Below, piece after piece: positions 1 through 9,390 of a DNA stretch of 64,000 nt (position 1 is the stretch's first letter; every line of letters starts with the position of its first letter). Source of the DNA: Macrostomum hystrix. Lineage: Eukaryota > Animalia > Platyhelminthes. The position numbers and the translations under genes were made by a program. The DNA lies in NCBI GenBank assembly GCA_950097015.1, contig CATNEN010000038.1, positions 28,458,001 to 28,522,000 of the forward strand. The letters run 5' to 3'. The notes below the pieces were generated by a model. The model saw only the letters and a list, made by a program, of their open reading frames with translations, did not search any database and was not told the origin of the DNA.

Positions 1-3000
1 CAATACACGGGACTCCCACAAGCTGTCCGAGAAGACTACGGACAGGTGAGAACACAACTCCGAGAGCTGTATGACACCAGAGCGATGGACCGACCCACGG
101 CAGTACTCCAACTCTCCATGAGGAGGATGCACCCAGGAGAGGATGTTAACAAGTTCATCGCCGACATCACACAACTAGTCGAGAACTCAGTGTTCCAAGA
201 ACCAGCGCCGGAGGGTGAGAATGAGAACGACAGAGGCGCAAGAATCAACCGCAACAAACGCATAGTCCAAGACCACATCATGCTGCACGTACAACAGAAT
301 GCCACACCGGCATTGCGACTATATCTAGCCAGAGGACGTTACCAGACAGTACCGGAGATGGTGCGTGAAGCACTTCAATGGCAAGCACTGCGAGAGCTGG
401 AACACGACTCCAACGACGTACACAAACTGACAGCCATGGTAGCCCAGATGGAGACCACGATCAGGCAAGCGGGTAAGCACTTCCAGGAGCGAGGCCAACA
501 GCCACAGAAGGAAGATGCAACTAAGTACCCAGATGGCAATCCGAGGCCAACCTGCCAGATCTGCGACAAGATAGGCCACACAGCCAACAGGTGCTACCAA
601 AGGAACCAGAACACCGGTAACCGGAATATCGGTAAGAGTACCGGGGGCCAAGTGCAGTCACGGGGCAGACAAGATCGAAGTAACGTTAAATGCAACAAAT
701 GCGGAAAGAGAGGCCACTTTGCAAAAGAGTGCAGAGACCAGCGATATTGCAAGAACTGCAATATGCAGAACCATTGGACATCGGAATGCGGCAGACCACG
801 CCAGGGTGATCAAGGACGGCATCCGCAGCAATGGCAGCAGCCAAAGCGGATCGCCGAAGTCACGGTCCAGGACCCCAGTCCGCAGCCAGCCCAACTGGCG
901 AGTGAGTCTAGCCAGACAGCACACATCTTGGCAGTCAGCACGTGGGAAGCGACAACGCCGACAAGGACAAGAAGCGACGTCATACAAGCAAGACGACAGA
1001 ACAGGAAGAACAAGACGGCGACAATCGCCCTAGTTCAGACCGCTCCACAGCTCGAAGGACGAAAGCGAGAGCAGAGGGCTAGAAAGGCTAGTGATGGCTG
1101 GAAGGCACCAGCCGGACCGATATGCGCACTCCTGCTAAAAATACTACTCCTCGCATTGCTCTGTACCACGGCGGAGACGATAAACCCAAGACACCAGAAC
1201 TGGGTGGACACACCGATGTACTGCCCGGAGCCCTCCAGGCCACAGATCTTCAAGCTGCCACCGGACATCGAGTGCAAGATGCCTAGCAGCATACAGCAGC
1301 ACCGACAGCCGATCAACCTGGCAATCTTTAGACCAAACCAGGTCACTCACCGATCAACACTCAAGATCTGTTACCGAGAAACGTATGTCTTCACCAGCGT
1401 AGCATTAAAAACGATTGCCGCTAAAGTGGTAAGACCAGAAATGACTGTTACGGTCCAGAAACATCTAGTTTCAGAGGAAGATTGTGAGTCCTGGGAGGAA
1501 GGTTACCGAACTCCAGATGGCATCCTTGAAGAAGATGGGAAAGCCCCGAACAAAGCTGAACGTTTCACTACTCACATCTGGACAACAGAGGAATTCGACC
1601 CAACGGCTAGTACCCAAACTAGATATACGAAATCCGCGTCCACGCTGATAACGAAAATTCCGTTCTTCGTGGAGAATAAGAAAATGTCATCGCTGTATAT
1701 CCCACTAGGACATTGCAATTACACCATAGGAAAATGTCTTCACGAGTCCACTCTACAGGCCGAGAAGGATGCGCCGCTGGAGAGACAAGTACCCAATAAA
1801 TTATGGGAAGCTCTGAGATACTACGACACACAATTCAAGGTCGCTGGAGAACGCCAGTACAGATATGCCTGGACACCCAGCGCCGCAATTGACTGCCCGT
1901 ACCAGGAAGACAGGCGAATTGAAGGAACCATACACACAGGATGGTTCATGTCCAAGGACGCTACCTACGCTTTGACTTTTAAACACCCACCACACTCAAT
2001 GGAGCTGAAATGCGGAGGAACGACAACTAAACTATTCAGGTCAGAACAAGGAAAGTTGGTTAAACTAGAAGGATCTGAAGCAGAATTCTTATCGATAGTA
2101 CAAGGCAATTTTAATAACTCTAGCACAGTAAAGAGGGCAAAGAGAGACTTGGTATCACAGGAAACTCTAGCAGTGAAACTACAGAGCGTTGAACTTACAA
2201 TGGAAAACAGAATTGGTGATCTGACTCGTCATGTAATCCTTCAACAATGCCGACTCCAACAGACCATTTTTAGATACATTAAGGACTTCATAAGGATGCA
2301 ACCAACACTAGCGGTGAGGACACTGTTCAAAGACAAGCACCTCAAGGCCAGAACAATAGCCCAGCATGTCGTAATCTTCAAATGCATCCCAGTGACCGAC
2401 TTCGAATTCCATCAACCATACTGGAATCAAAGCCGATGTTTCTCCAAACCTCCGTTGAAGTACAAAGTAGCGGAGACCAACCGTACAGGATTCTTGAATG
2501 TAAGAACTATGGAAATTGAGACAGAATACCCCACCTTTCAGGAATGTTCGAATCAAACTGGGTACCTTCTACCCAAAGAGGACAGAGTGTACAAGGCCGA
2601 CTTAAATTTCACCAACTTCGAACCTATACAGATAAGGAAATTGAAGAGCGAAGATTGGGGAATAGAGCCTATGAAATTACCGAAGATCAAACGAATTCTT
2701 TTTATACCAGAAACAGACATCAAAATAGAAGACATCCGAAGCCCGATTACGGTACACGATCTGTACACGCAGATGAGGGACCAGAGAGAATTTCTGAGAA
2801 CAGTATTCAAACTACCAAAGCAGAAGAATCCAGAAACGATCGACCTCCCACCATTGGAGGCAAACATAGCTCTTAAAACTTATGACTTCGCATCTTGGAC
2901 GCCATGGATAGGTATAAAACTCAATATTTTCAACATAACAGTTGGATTTGCCGCAATTTGTGTATATGTGTACATCATGCTCAAAACTATAATAGTTTGT

Positions 3001-6000
3001 CACAGGCTCCTCCGGCAAAAATACGAGCGACCAGGCATCCGAGCAATTCAAAGACGGATAAAGGCAACACAAGAACGACACGAATTGCGGGGACAACCCA
3101 GCACGGACACTAACTACAGACACACGGGCCCACGCCGCCCAGCACCAGAGGCACCAGCCACAAATAAGGAACAGCATCAACCGATGATTCCGTCTGCTCC
3201 ACTGGCTTCATCAATCTATCCGACGATCAGCTCATGGCCACCGCCGATAGTGGCAGCAATTACGAACGGCCAGAAATACAAGGTGACGCGACTGAAGATA
3301 GGCACGCGAGTCTGCAGAGCGCTGATAGATAGCGGAGCAGAGAGGTCGCTGATAGACGAAGTGACGGCGCGCCGATACAGTGACAGCTTCGAGAAGCCGA
3401 CAACAGAGCTACAAGGAGTACACGGAGGAAAGCTCACGCAATCCGGAATGATCACGTTACCAGTCGAAGCAGGAGACACAATCGTCAACGTTAAGTTTCA
3501 TGTCATTCCGAATTTGAGTTCGGGGAGATACCATGCACTATTAGGAATTGATTACTTAAGTCAGTTGCAGAAGGGCATGTCTATCAATTACCAACAGCAA
3601 CAGATGCAGTTAAATGGCAGATCGTATGAAATCATGACAGTCGCCGCCCAAGAAGCCACAAATAAGATCAGACTAGTTTCCGTGGTAAACCTGAATCCAT
3701 GGGAAACAGCTCAAATTACAGCTAGAACCGACTCAAAGGAGGAATTGCCTGACACGGTACTTTTCGAGCCAGACAGGAGTATCATCGAGAAGAAGGCGAT
3801 AGGTCTGACTCAGGAGATAGTTCATCCGGACGAGAAGGGAGAGATACACGTTCTCATATCTAACGAATCAGCCAGACCTATCACTCTGTACCCGGATACA
3901 GCCATAGGTTCGTATGAGACAGAGATAGAGACATATGAAATAGCGGCGAATCAGGAACAGGCATCGGCAATGACAGAGACAGAATTTAGAGAAGCGATTA
4001 ATCTGCAGGGAGCCGAGATAACAGCAGAGCAGAAAGAACAACTAAGAGAGATCCTCTGGGAGAACAAGGAAGCATTTTGTCTCTCAGATGAGGAGATAGG
4101 CTTTACAGAAATAGCGAAACACGAACTCCACATAAAACCGAATGTGGAAGTGAAGCTGAATAAGAGATATCCGATTCCACACCAGCTTACAGGAGAACTG
4201 AAGAAGGTGATAGACAGAATGGAGATGCAGGGGATTCTCATGAAAGCACCGACACCGTATATTTCACCAATTCTCCTCGTTAAGAAAAAATCGGAGTTGC
4301 CAGACGCCAAACCGGTGTATCGCCTGTGCGTGGACTTCAGGGACTTAAACCGATTGTTGATCCCCGAGAGACAGTGTATGCCCAGAATTCCAGATCTGCT
4401 GGCCAAACTCAAAGGATCAAAGTACTTCACGACTCTAGACATGGCCCAGGCATTCTTTCAAGTGGCCCTGCACGAGGACAGTAGAAAGTACTGCGGGATT
4501 TCTACACCAGACGGAGAAACGTTAGTCTTCTTAAGGGCGCCGATGGGATTACAGTCGAGCCCTGCCGCTTTGTCTAGGGCTGCCAGCATCATCCTCAAAG
4601 GCATCGAGAGAGTCTCTACATACGTGGACGATTTGCTAGTATTCACGGAAACGTTCGAGCACCACCTCCAGACACTCAAAAGTACCTTGGAAGCCTTGAA
4701 AAAGCACGGATTAAAGCTGAAACTCCAGAAATGTCGATTCGCGCAACCCAGCATTACCTTCCTGGGACACAAGATCGACCAGAACGGTATCCAGATAGAT
4801 CGCACTCTAGTGGACAAGGTACAGAAGGTAACCAAACCTGATAATGTGACTCAGTTAAGAGCATTCCTCGGACTGTGCAATTTTTTTAGGAAGCATGTCC
4901 CACATTATGCTAAGAAAGTACAACCGCTAACGGATATGCTCAAAGGGGCACCGACCTCAAAAGGACAAGCAACGAAGACCAACCTAAAGTGGACCGAGGA
5001 AGCGGACTACACTTTCGAGGCCATGAAGAAATGGATAGCCGAGGATCTCAGGCTAGCACATCCGGATTTCAACAAACAGTTCATAGTCTCGAGTGACGCC
5101 TCAACTAAAGGAATAGGAGCGATGCTTTCGCAGAAAGATGAGATGGGACGGGAGAGACCGATAGCATTCACGAGTAGACAACTCAGAGATGCAGAAACGA
5201 GGTACGGAATCACTCATCTCGAACTTCTAGCAGTCTACCATGCATTCAGAAACTTCGAACAGTTCTTATACGCCGCTCCCATACCTACACTACTGAGAGT
5301 AGATCACGCCCCACTCAGAGGCTTACTCACAGGCAGAATACTGCAGAACAACCAAATTTTGCGTTGGTTACTATACTTACAGCAATTTCAGATACAGATC
5401 GAATATGTACCTGGAGCATCAGTCACGCATGCAGTACCGGACGCACTCTCGAGATTATACGACGAGAAACCAATGGAACAAATCAATTATGTCACAATAT
5501 CACATCCAATCCCACACCTACAAGCACTCAAGGACGCCCAGGCGGAAGACCCGTTCTGCCAACAAATCCGAGCAATGTGGAACGGAGAATCCGCAGTAGA
5601 ATCACTGGCTCCGAAGTACAGACGCCACATCGATAGACACCTGGCGGACTACGCGGAGATTGGAGGAGTTCTACACAGAACAGCGGATCAAACACAGCAG
5701 ATCATCCTACCGTTTCAGTATCGTGAGACCATTTGCCACTCACTACACGCATTGCCATTAGCGGCACATCTAGGATTCGAGAAAACCTTGGAGAGAATCC
5801 GTAGACACTACTTTTGGATCACCATGGTATCCGACATCCGAGGATTCAGTAACAACTGCATAGAGTGCGCCAGGAATAAATCAGGAAAAACCCATAAGGG
5901 ACTGATTCAGTTTTCAGAGATCCCAATGCGACCAATGGACAAATTGTCGGTTGACATAGTGGGTCCAATGGTGCCCACTAAAGTGAGAAATGAAACAGTA

Positions 6001-6942
6001 ACACACATTCTCACAATCCTTTGTTGTTTTTCGAAATTCGCATTCGCCATTCCGATCCCAGATCTTACAGCTGAAACGACGGCAGAGACACTATTCACTG
6101 TGTTTTGTACCTTTGGGATCCCGATTGAGATGTCCACGGACAATGGAAAGAACTTCACAGCAACTCTACTAGCCGAAGCATTAGAAATCCTGGGGATCAA
6201 ACACATCTTGACATCCCCATACAACCCTCGAGCGAACCATGTGGAACGACTGCATTCGACACTCCACAACATGTTACGCCACTACACAGCCGAGAATCCG
6301 GACCAGTGGCACAAGTACCTGCAGGCAACGATGTTCGCCTACAACACAGCAAAGCAAGCATCATCGACATACTCGCCATTCGAGTTAGTTTTCGCCCGAC
6401 GACCTCTGATGCCTACTCAACTTACTACCCAGTTGAACGTGGTAAAGTACATGGATGAACCATCATTCGCATCTAGAATGAAAGAAGCTGTAACACTAGC
6501 CAGAGAGATAGCGAGACACCACCTACAGGTCGCACAAGAGAAGAATACCGGAAAAGCAAATGAAAACCGCAAACCGACTACACTGGAAGTAGGGAGTAGA
6601 GTTATGTTGCAAATTCCTATGAGACAGGGAAAGCACCAAGCTAAATTTACAGGACCCTATGAGATTGTGAAGAGGAGCAGCCAGACTTCAGTCACAATCC
6701 GGAAAATCGACGATCCAAATCAGGAGTCCTTTCAAGTGCACACCGACAGGCTGAAACCAATGGCCACGTCAACACCACATGTGATGCTTCCGGACCTCAG
6801 ACCGAGCGACCCACAGCGTCACCAGCGACAGCCAAGGCAGCGATTCACCAAGGAAGTGAGCGTGCAGGCAGAGGAGCTGGACGCGCAGGATGACACAGCT
6901 CGGAAGAAGTACAATCTGAGGAGCAAAGTGAAACTTCCTTGA
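1..6942 (+). CDS. Single Gag-Env-Pol polyprotein (>2313 aa, 5'-truncated by the window; frame is open from base 1, so GTG at 46 is not the real start)
   Basis: CX2CX4HX4C knuckles at 553-594, 691-732, 748-789; hydrophobic signal 1120-1173; gB-like ectodomain; TM 2926-3000; protease LIDSGA (DSG 3328-3336); RT YRLCVDFRDLN, LDMAQAFFQ, PMGL, YVDD (4621-4632); RNase H SDAS (5092-5103), ELLAV, VDH; integrase HX6H..CIEC, SVD, TDNG, VER, GPY (6652). Confidence 0.95.
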   Translation, partial: QYTGLPQAVREDYGQVRTQLRELYDTRAMDRPTAVLQLSMRRMHPGEDVNKFIADITQLVENSVFQEPAPEGENENDRGARINRNKRIVQDHIMLHVQQNATPALRLYLARGRYQTVPEMVREALQWQALRELEHDSNDVHKLTAMVAQMETTIRQAGKHFQERGQQPQKEDATKYPDGNPRPTCQICDKIGHTANRCYQRNQNTGNRNIGKSTGGQVQSRGRQDRSNVKCNKCGKRGHFAKECRDQRYCKNCNMQNHWTSECGRPRQGDQGRHPQQWQQPKRIAEVTVQDPSPQPAQLASESSQTAHILAVSTWEATTPTRTRSDVIQARRQNRKNKTATIALVQTAPQLEGRKREQRARKASDGWKAPAGPICALLLKILLLALLCTTAETINPRHQNWVDTPMYCPEPSRPQIFKLPPDIECKMPSSIQQHRQPINLAIFRPNQVTHRSTLKICYRETYVFTSVALKTIAAKVVRPEMTVTVQKHLVSEEDCESWEEGYRTPDGILEEDGKAPNKAERFTTHIWTTEEFDPTASTQTRYTKSASTLITKIPFFVENKKMSSLYIPLGHCNYTIGKCLHESTLQAEKDAPLERQVPNKLWEALRYYDTQFKVAGERQYRYAWTPSAAIDCPYQEDRRIEGTIHTGWFMSKDATYALTFKHPPHSMELKCGGTTTKLFRSEQGKLVKLEGSEAEFLSIVQGNFNNSSTVKRAKRDLVSQETLAVKLQSVELTMENRIGDLTRHVILQQCRLQQTIFRYIKDFIRMQPTLAVRTLFKDKHLKARTIAQHVVIFKCIPVTDFEFHQPYWNQSRCFSKPPLKYKVAETNRTGFLNVRTMEIETEYPTFQECSNQTGYLLPKEDRVYKADLNFTNFEPIQIRKLKSEDWGIEPMKLPKIKRILFIPETDIKIEDIRSPITVHDLYTQMRDQREFLRTVFKLPKQKNPETIDLPPLEANIALKTYDFASWTPWIGIKLNIFNITVGFAAICVYVYIMLKTIIVCHRLLRQKYERPGIRAIQRRIKATQERHELRGQPSTDTNYRHTGPRRPAPEAPATNKEQHQPMIPSAPLASSIYPTISSWPPPIVAAITNGQKYKVTRLKIGTRVCRALIDSGAERSLIDEVTARRYSDSFEKPTTELQGVHGGKLTQSGMITLPVEAGDTIVNVKFHVIPNLSSGRYHALLGIDYLSQLQKGMSINYQQQQMQLNGRSYEIMTVAAQEATNKIRLVSVVNLNPWETAQITARTDSKEELPDTVLFEPDRSIIEKKAIGLTQEIVHPDEKGEIHVLISNESARPITLYPDTAIGSYETEIETYEIAANQEQASAMTETEFREAINLQGAEITAEQKEQLREILWENKEAFCLSDEEIGFTEIAKHELHIKPNVEVKLNKRYPIPHQLTGELKKVIDRMEMQGILMKAPTPYISPILLVKKKSELPDAKPVYRLCVDFRDLNRLLIPERQCMPRIPDLLAKLKGSKYFTTLDMAQAFFQVALHEDSRKYCGISTPDGETLVFLRAPMGLQSSPAALSRAASIILKGIERVSTYVDDLLVFTETFEHHLQTLKSTLEALKKHGLKLKLQKCRFAQPSITFLGHKIDQNGIQIDRTLVDKVQKVTKPDNVTQLRAFLGLCNFFRKHVPHYAKKVQPLTDMLKGAPTSKGQATKTNLKWTEEADYTFEAMKKWIAEDLRLAHPDFNKQFIVSSDASTKGIGAMLSQKDEMGRERPIAFTSRQLRDAETRYGITHLELLAVYHAFRNFEQFLYAAPIPTLLRVDHAPLRGLLTGRILQNNQILRWLLYLQQFQIQIEYVPGASVTHAVPDALSRLYDEKPMEQINYVTISHPIPHLQALKDAQAEDPFCQQIRAMWNGESAVESLAPKYRRHIDRHLADYAEIGGVLHRTADQTQQIILPFQYRETICHSLHALPLAAHLGFEKTLERIRRHYFWITMVSDIRGFSNNCIECARNKSGKTHKGLIQFSEIPMRPMDKLSVDIVGPMVPTKVRNETVTHILTILCCFSKFAFAIPIPDLTAETTAETLFTVFCTFGIPIEMSTDNGKNFTATLLAEALEILGIKHILTSPYNPRANHVERLHSTLHNMLRHYTAENPDQWHKYLQATMFAYNTAKQASSTYSPFELVFARRPLMPTQLTTQLNVVKYMDEPSFASRMKEAVTLAREIARHHLQVAQEKNTGKANENRKPTTLEVGSRVMLQIPMRQGKHQAKFTGPYEIVKRSSQTSVTIRKIDDPNQESFQVHTDRLKPMATSTPHVMLPDLRPSDPQRHQRQPRQRFTKEVSVQAEELDAQDDTARKKYNLRSKVKLP
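1120..3000 (+). other. Envelope domain inside the polyprotein: class III (herpesvirus gB-like) fusion glycoprotein
   Basis: Signal ICALLLKILLLALLCTTA; Cys-rich ectodomain with N-glycosylation sequons (NYT, NNS, NQS, NRT, NQT, NFT); furin site KRAKR (2131-2145); QCRLQ..MQPTLAVRTLF..LKARTIAQHVVIFKCIPV..CFSKP resembles the gB motif WCELQ..LNPNAIAS..VSARMLGDVMAVSTCVPV..CYSRP (recalled, aligned by eye); TM IFNITVGFAAICVYVYIMLKTIIVC. Confidence 0.8.
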
Positions 6943-7109
6943 CATTTGAAGTCAAGGAAGGGAGGAAGTAGACGGACAATTTTACATTTTAACTATTTAT
7001 TACCTTGCGGGTGTGCGCTCTGATATTTAGAATTATATATTTTGCACTACTCGTAAGTAGCCACTATTTAATCACTCACAAATATTTAACCCACCCTTCG
7101 GATGATCAG

Positions 7110-7874
7110 ATGTATTCGACGGAGCTAGACACAGTGGATGATTGCACCATCGACGAGCCGCTTACGACCTACACACTGGTCAAGCCACTGTTTCCATCGG
7201 CAGGACTAAGCCCGGCAGTCGGGAAGGAGATGAACATTAGGAACAGCGCCGCCACGGAACAGCAACGGCGACATCTCCAAGCCCAATGGGAGATCAGAAG
7301 ATCCAGAGACGGTCTGCCGCAGTGTCCAACAGTGCTGAGAGAGAGACACAGACGGGAAGAAAAAGACCTATCATTTACGGAGCTGTACGACTTCATGGAT
7401 AGACAGCCCATCCAGAGCAAGCCTAATCGGCACGGTGAGATGAAACTATTTGACATTCACCTGGACATGCTGGATGCGCCACGAATCCCAGCTAACGTAG
7501 TAACACATCTGACCACAAAGCGCATCCTAGCTGAGGACAATAACCCCATCTGGCTCCTCTCTGACTATAACATTCTACGTAACCGTACAACAATTTTCTT
7601 TCACTATGGAGAACAAGACGCCTTTACTTGCGTCATAATTAAGGCACTCTGCCGTACGCTATCCGTCAACCTGATCCACCCTTGGGGCCCGCAGCCTAAT
7701 GTGATATGTACTAAGTTATTTAATTACTTGTCCAATGCGTTGGTTTATCATGGAATTCAAAGTAGTTGCCGCGAAATGAAGATGCTAGTAATTCGAACGT
7801 ATTCGCCGGCGTTGCTACAGTGGCCACAGCTAAAGGCGGCACTGGAAGCCTCGCAAGAGCCTACTCGTCAGTAA
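7110..7874 (+). CDS. Accessory ORF2 of the LTR element (254 aa from first ATG); C-terminal half resembles a degenerate integrase core
   Basis: Long ORF with element-like composition between pol stop and PPT; motifs IHLD..VVTHLTTKRILA..FTCVIIKALCRTLSVNLI. Confidence 0.6.
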   Translation: MYSTELDTVDDCTIDEPLTTYTLVKPLFPSAGLSPAVGKEMNIRNSAATEQQRRHLQAQWEIRRSRDGLPQCPTVLRERHRREEKDLSFTELYDFMDRQPIQSKPNRHGEMKLFDIHLDMLDAPRIPANVVTHLTTKRILAEDNNPIWLLSDYNILRNRTTIFFHYGEQDAFTCVIIKALCRTLSVNLIHPWGPQPNVICTKLFNYLSNALVYHGIQSSCREMKMLVIRTYSPALLQWPQLKAALEASQEPTRQ

Positions 7875-8426
7875 GAATGTAGGGACGTGAATGTAAGGGC
7901 ATAAGGAGACACGAGAGCTGAGACACTGACACAATGTTAAGACAGATGGGTCGTCTCGACCGGAAGTCCTATCATTGTGACACTCTCACTCAGGTGCAAT
8001 CCTGAGGCTAGAACCAGTTTCACGGAAAGAACTTTGGGAAAGCGCCTCGCTACCTGAAGCATCAGACCAGTGAACTAGGGGAAGCCAGGCCCGTCACTCA
8101 AATTGAATCTAAGCTTAAAAAAACAAAGACAAGGCTTCACCGAATTCCATGATGAGGCACACGTATTTATTATAAGCCAATTCATTATTTATTCCGACAC
8201 ATTTGTGCACTACGACACGTACCAGCACCAGCAAATCACAACTTACAAACAAACAAGGAAAGAAAAACACACAAAAATAATGGAAACATACGTGCCAATA
8301 TCAATGATTATACAACAGCAAATAAGAGAGCAGTTCAACAGAGCAAATTAACAGCACACCATGAATAGTCATAAGAACATAGAACATAAAGAACATAGTC
8401 ATAAGAACATAAGAACTTGACAACAG

Positions 8427-8669
8427 TTAAGGGGCCATAGGAGCGGCCTGGCGCCGCCGGCAACAAAGCCACACCAGAAGCAGCCCGAACAAGGCCAGGG
8501 CAAGGCCTCCGGCCCCGAGACCTCCGGAGAGACGACGTAGAAACGACAACCCGTTCTCTAAAGACTGGGTGCGGGTAGCTTCTAGGGCCAGGCGGGCCTC
8601 CAGGCGAAGGACCCGAGCCTCCAGCTCGGACATCAGCTCGGCGAGTTGGGCCATTTCAAAACGCGACAT
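8427..8669 (-). CDS. Antisense small membrane protein (80 aa): coiled coil, Gly-rich TM, CC-RRR
   Basis: GC-rich ORF island in AT-rich surroundings; heptad LAELMSELEARVLRLEARL; TM GGLGAGGLALALFGLLLVWL then CCRRR; minus-strand TATATAAA at 8751-8758 and AATAAA at ~8166-8171. Confidence 0.6.
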   Translation of the reverse strand: MSRFEMAQLAELMSELEARVLRLEARLALEATRTQSLENGLSFLRRLSGGLGAGGLALALFGLLLVWLCCRRRQAAPMAP

Positions 8670-9390
8670 GAAATCAAGTGGTCGATGAGGCAGACGAAAA
8701 GGCAGTTAAAAAGATGCGTCTGAGCAGATAAAAGGGGCCCAGGGGAAAAGTTTATATAACCAGTACAAGGCAAGATGGAGGGCAAGTATTCAACAATCAC
8801 AGCCCCCCTATCCGCCGCGGAGAAAGGACCCCAATGTACATCCCGAGAGATGAAAAGTAGAGTCATCAGTGCCCCGGGCCAGAATCGAGACCTAAAGTGC
8901 AACACCACACAGATAACATGCCCGAGTGGATTAGACCAACCATGGCCTCAGTAAACAAAAATAGGACACAGGCAACAAACACACCATAACCAAGAATTCA
9001 GCTTGTCACAAGTAAGAGAGACACAGCCAGATCAGAATACATCATAACCACATGCCATAGTACTTTAACCAATGTGATTTTATAATGCAAGCAATGCTCT
9101 GATCCGGCGAGGCCCAGAAATGTTATTGATTAATTGGGCTCTCAAAGCATATATATATTCTCTCCAACGTGATTAACAATAAATATTATGTAGACTTCTT
9201 TGGAAGCCCCACAGGTTCATTGTCTGTCTAACTAACTTTCAATTAAATCTTAGACGTCATCAATAATAGATAAAACAGCAGCAATAAGCATGTCAGAGAG
9301 AAATTAGGAGGACATTCAGGAAAATAAGCTGAGGGATGCAGTACATGTATAGGAAAATGACAAGTCTCGGACACTTTCACAGCAAGTACC

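Noticed and set aside
36-6379. Many short antisense and alternate-frame ORFs over the polyprotein
   Set aside because: Shadow ORFs of a long biased coding strand, no recognisable motifs
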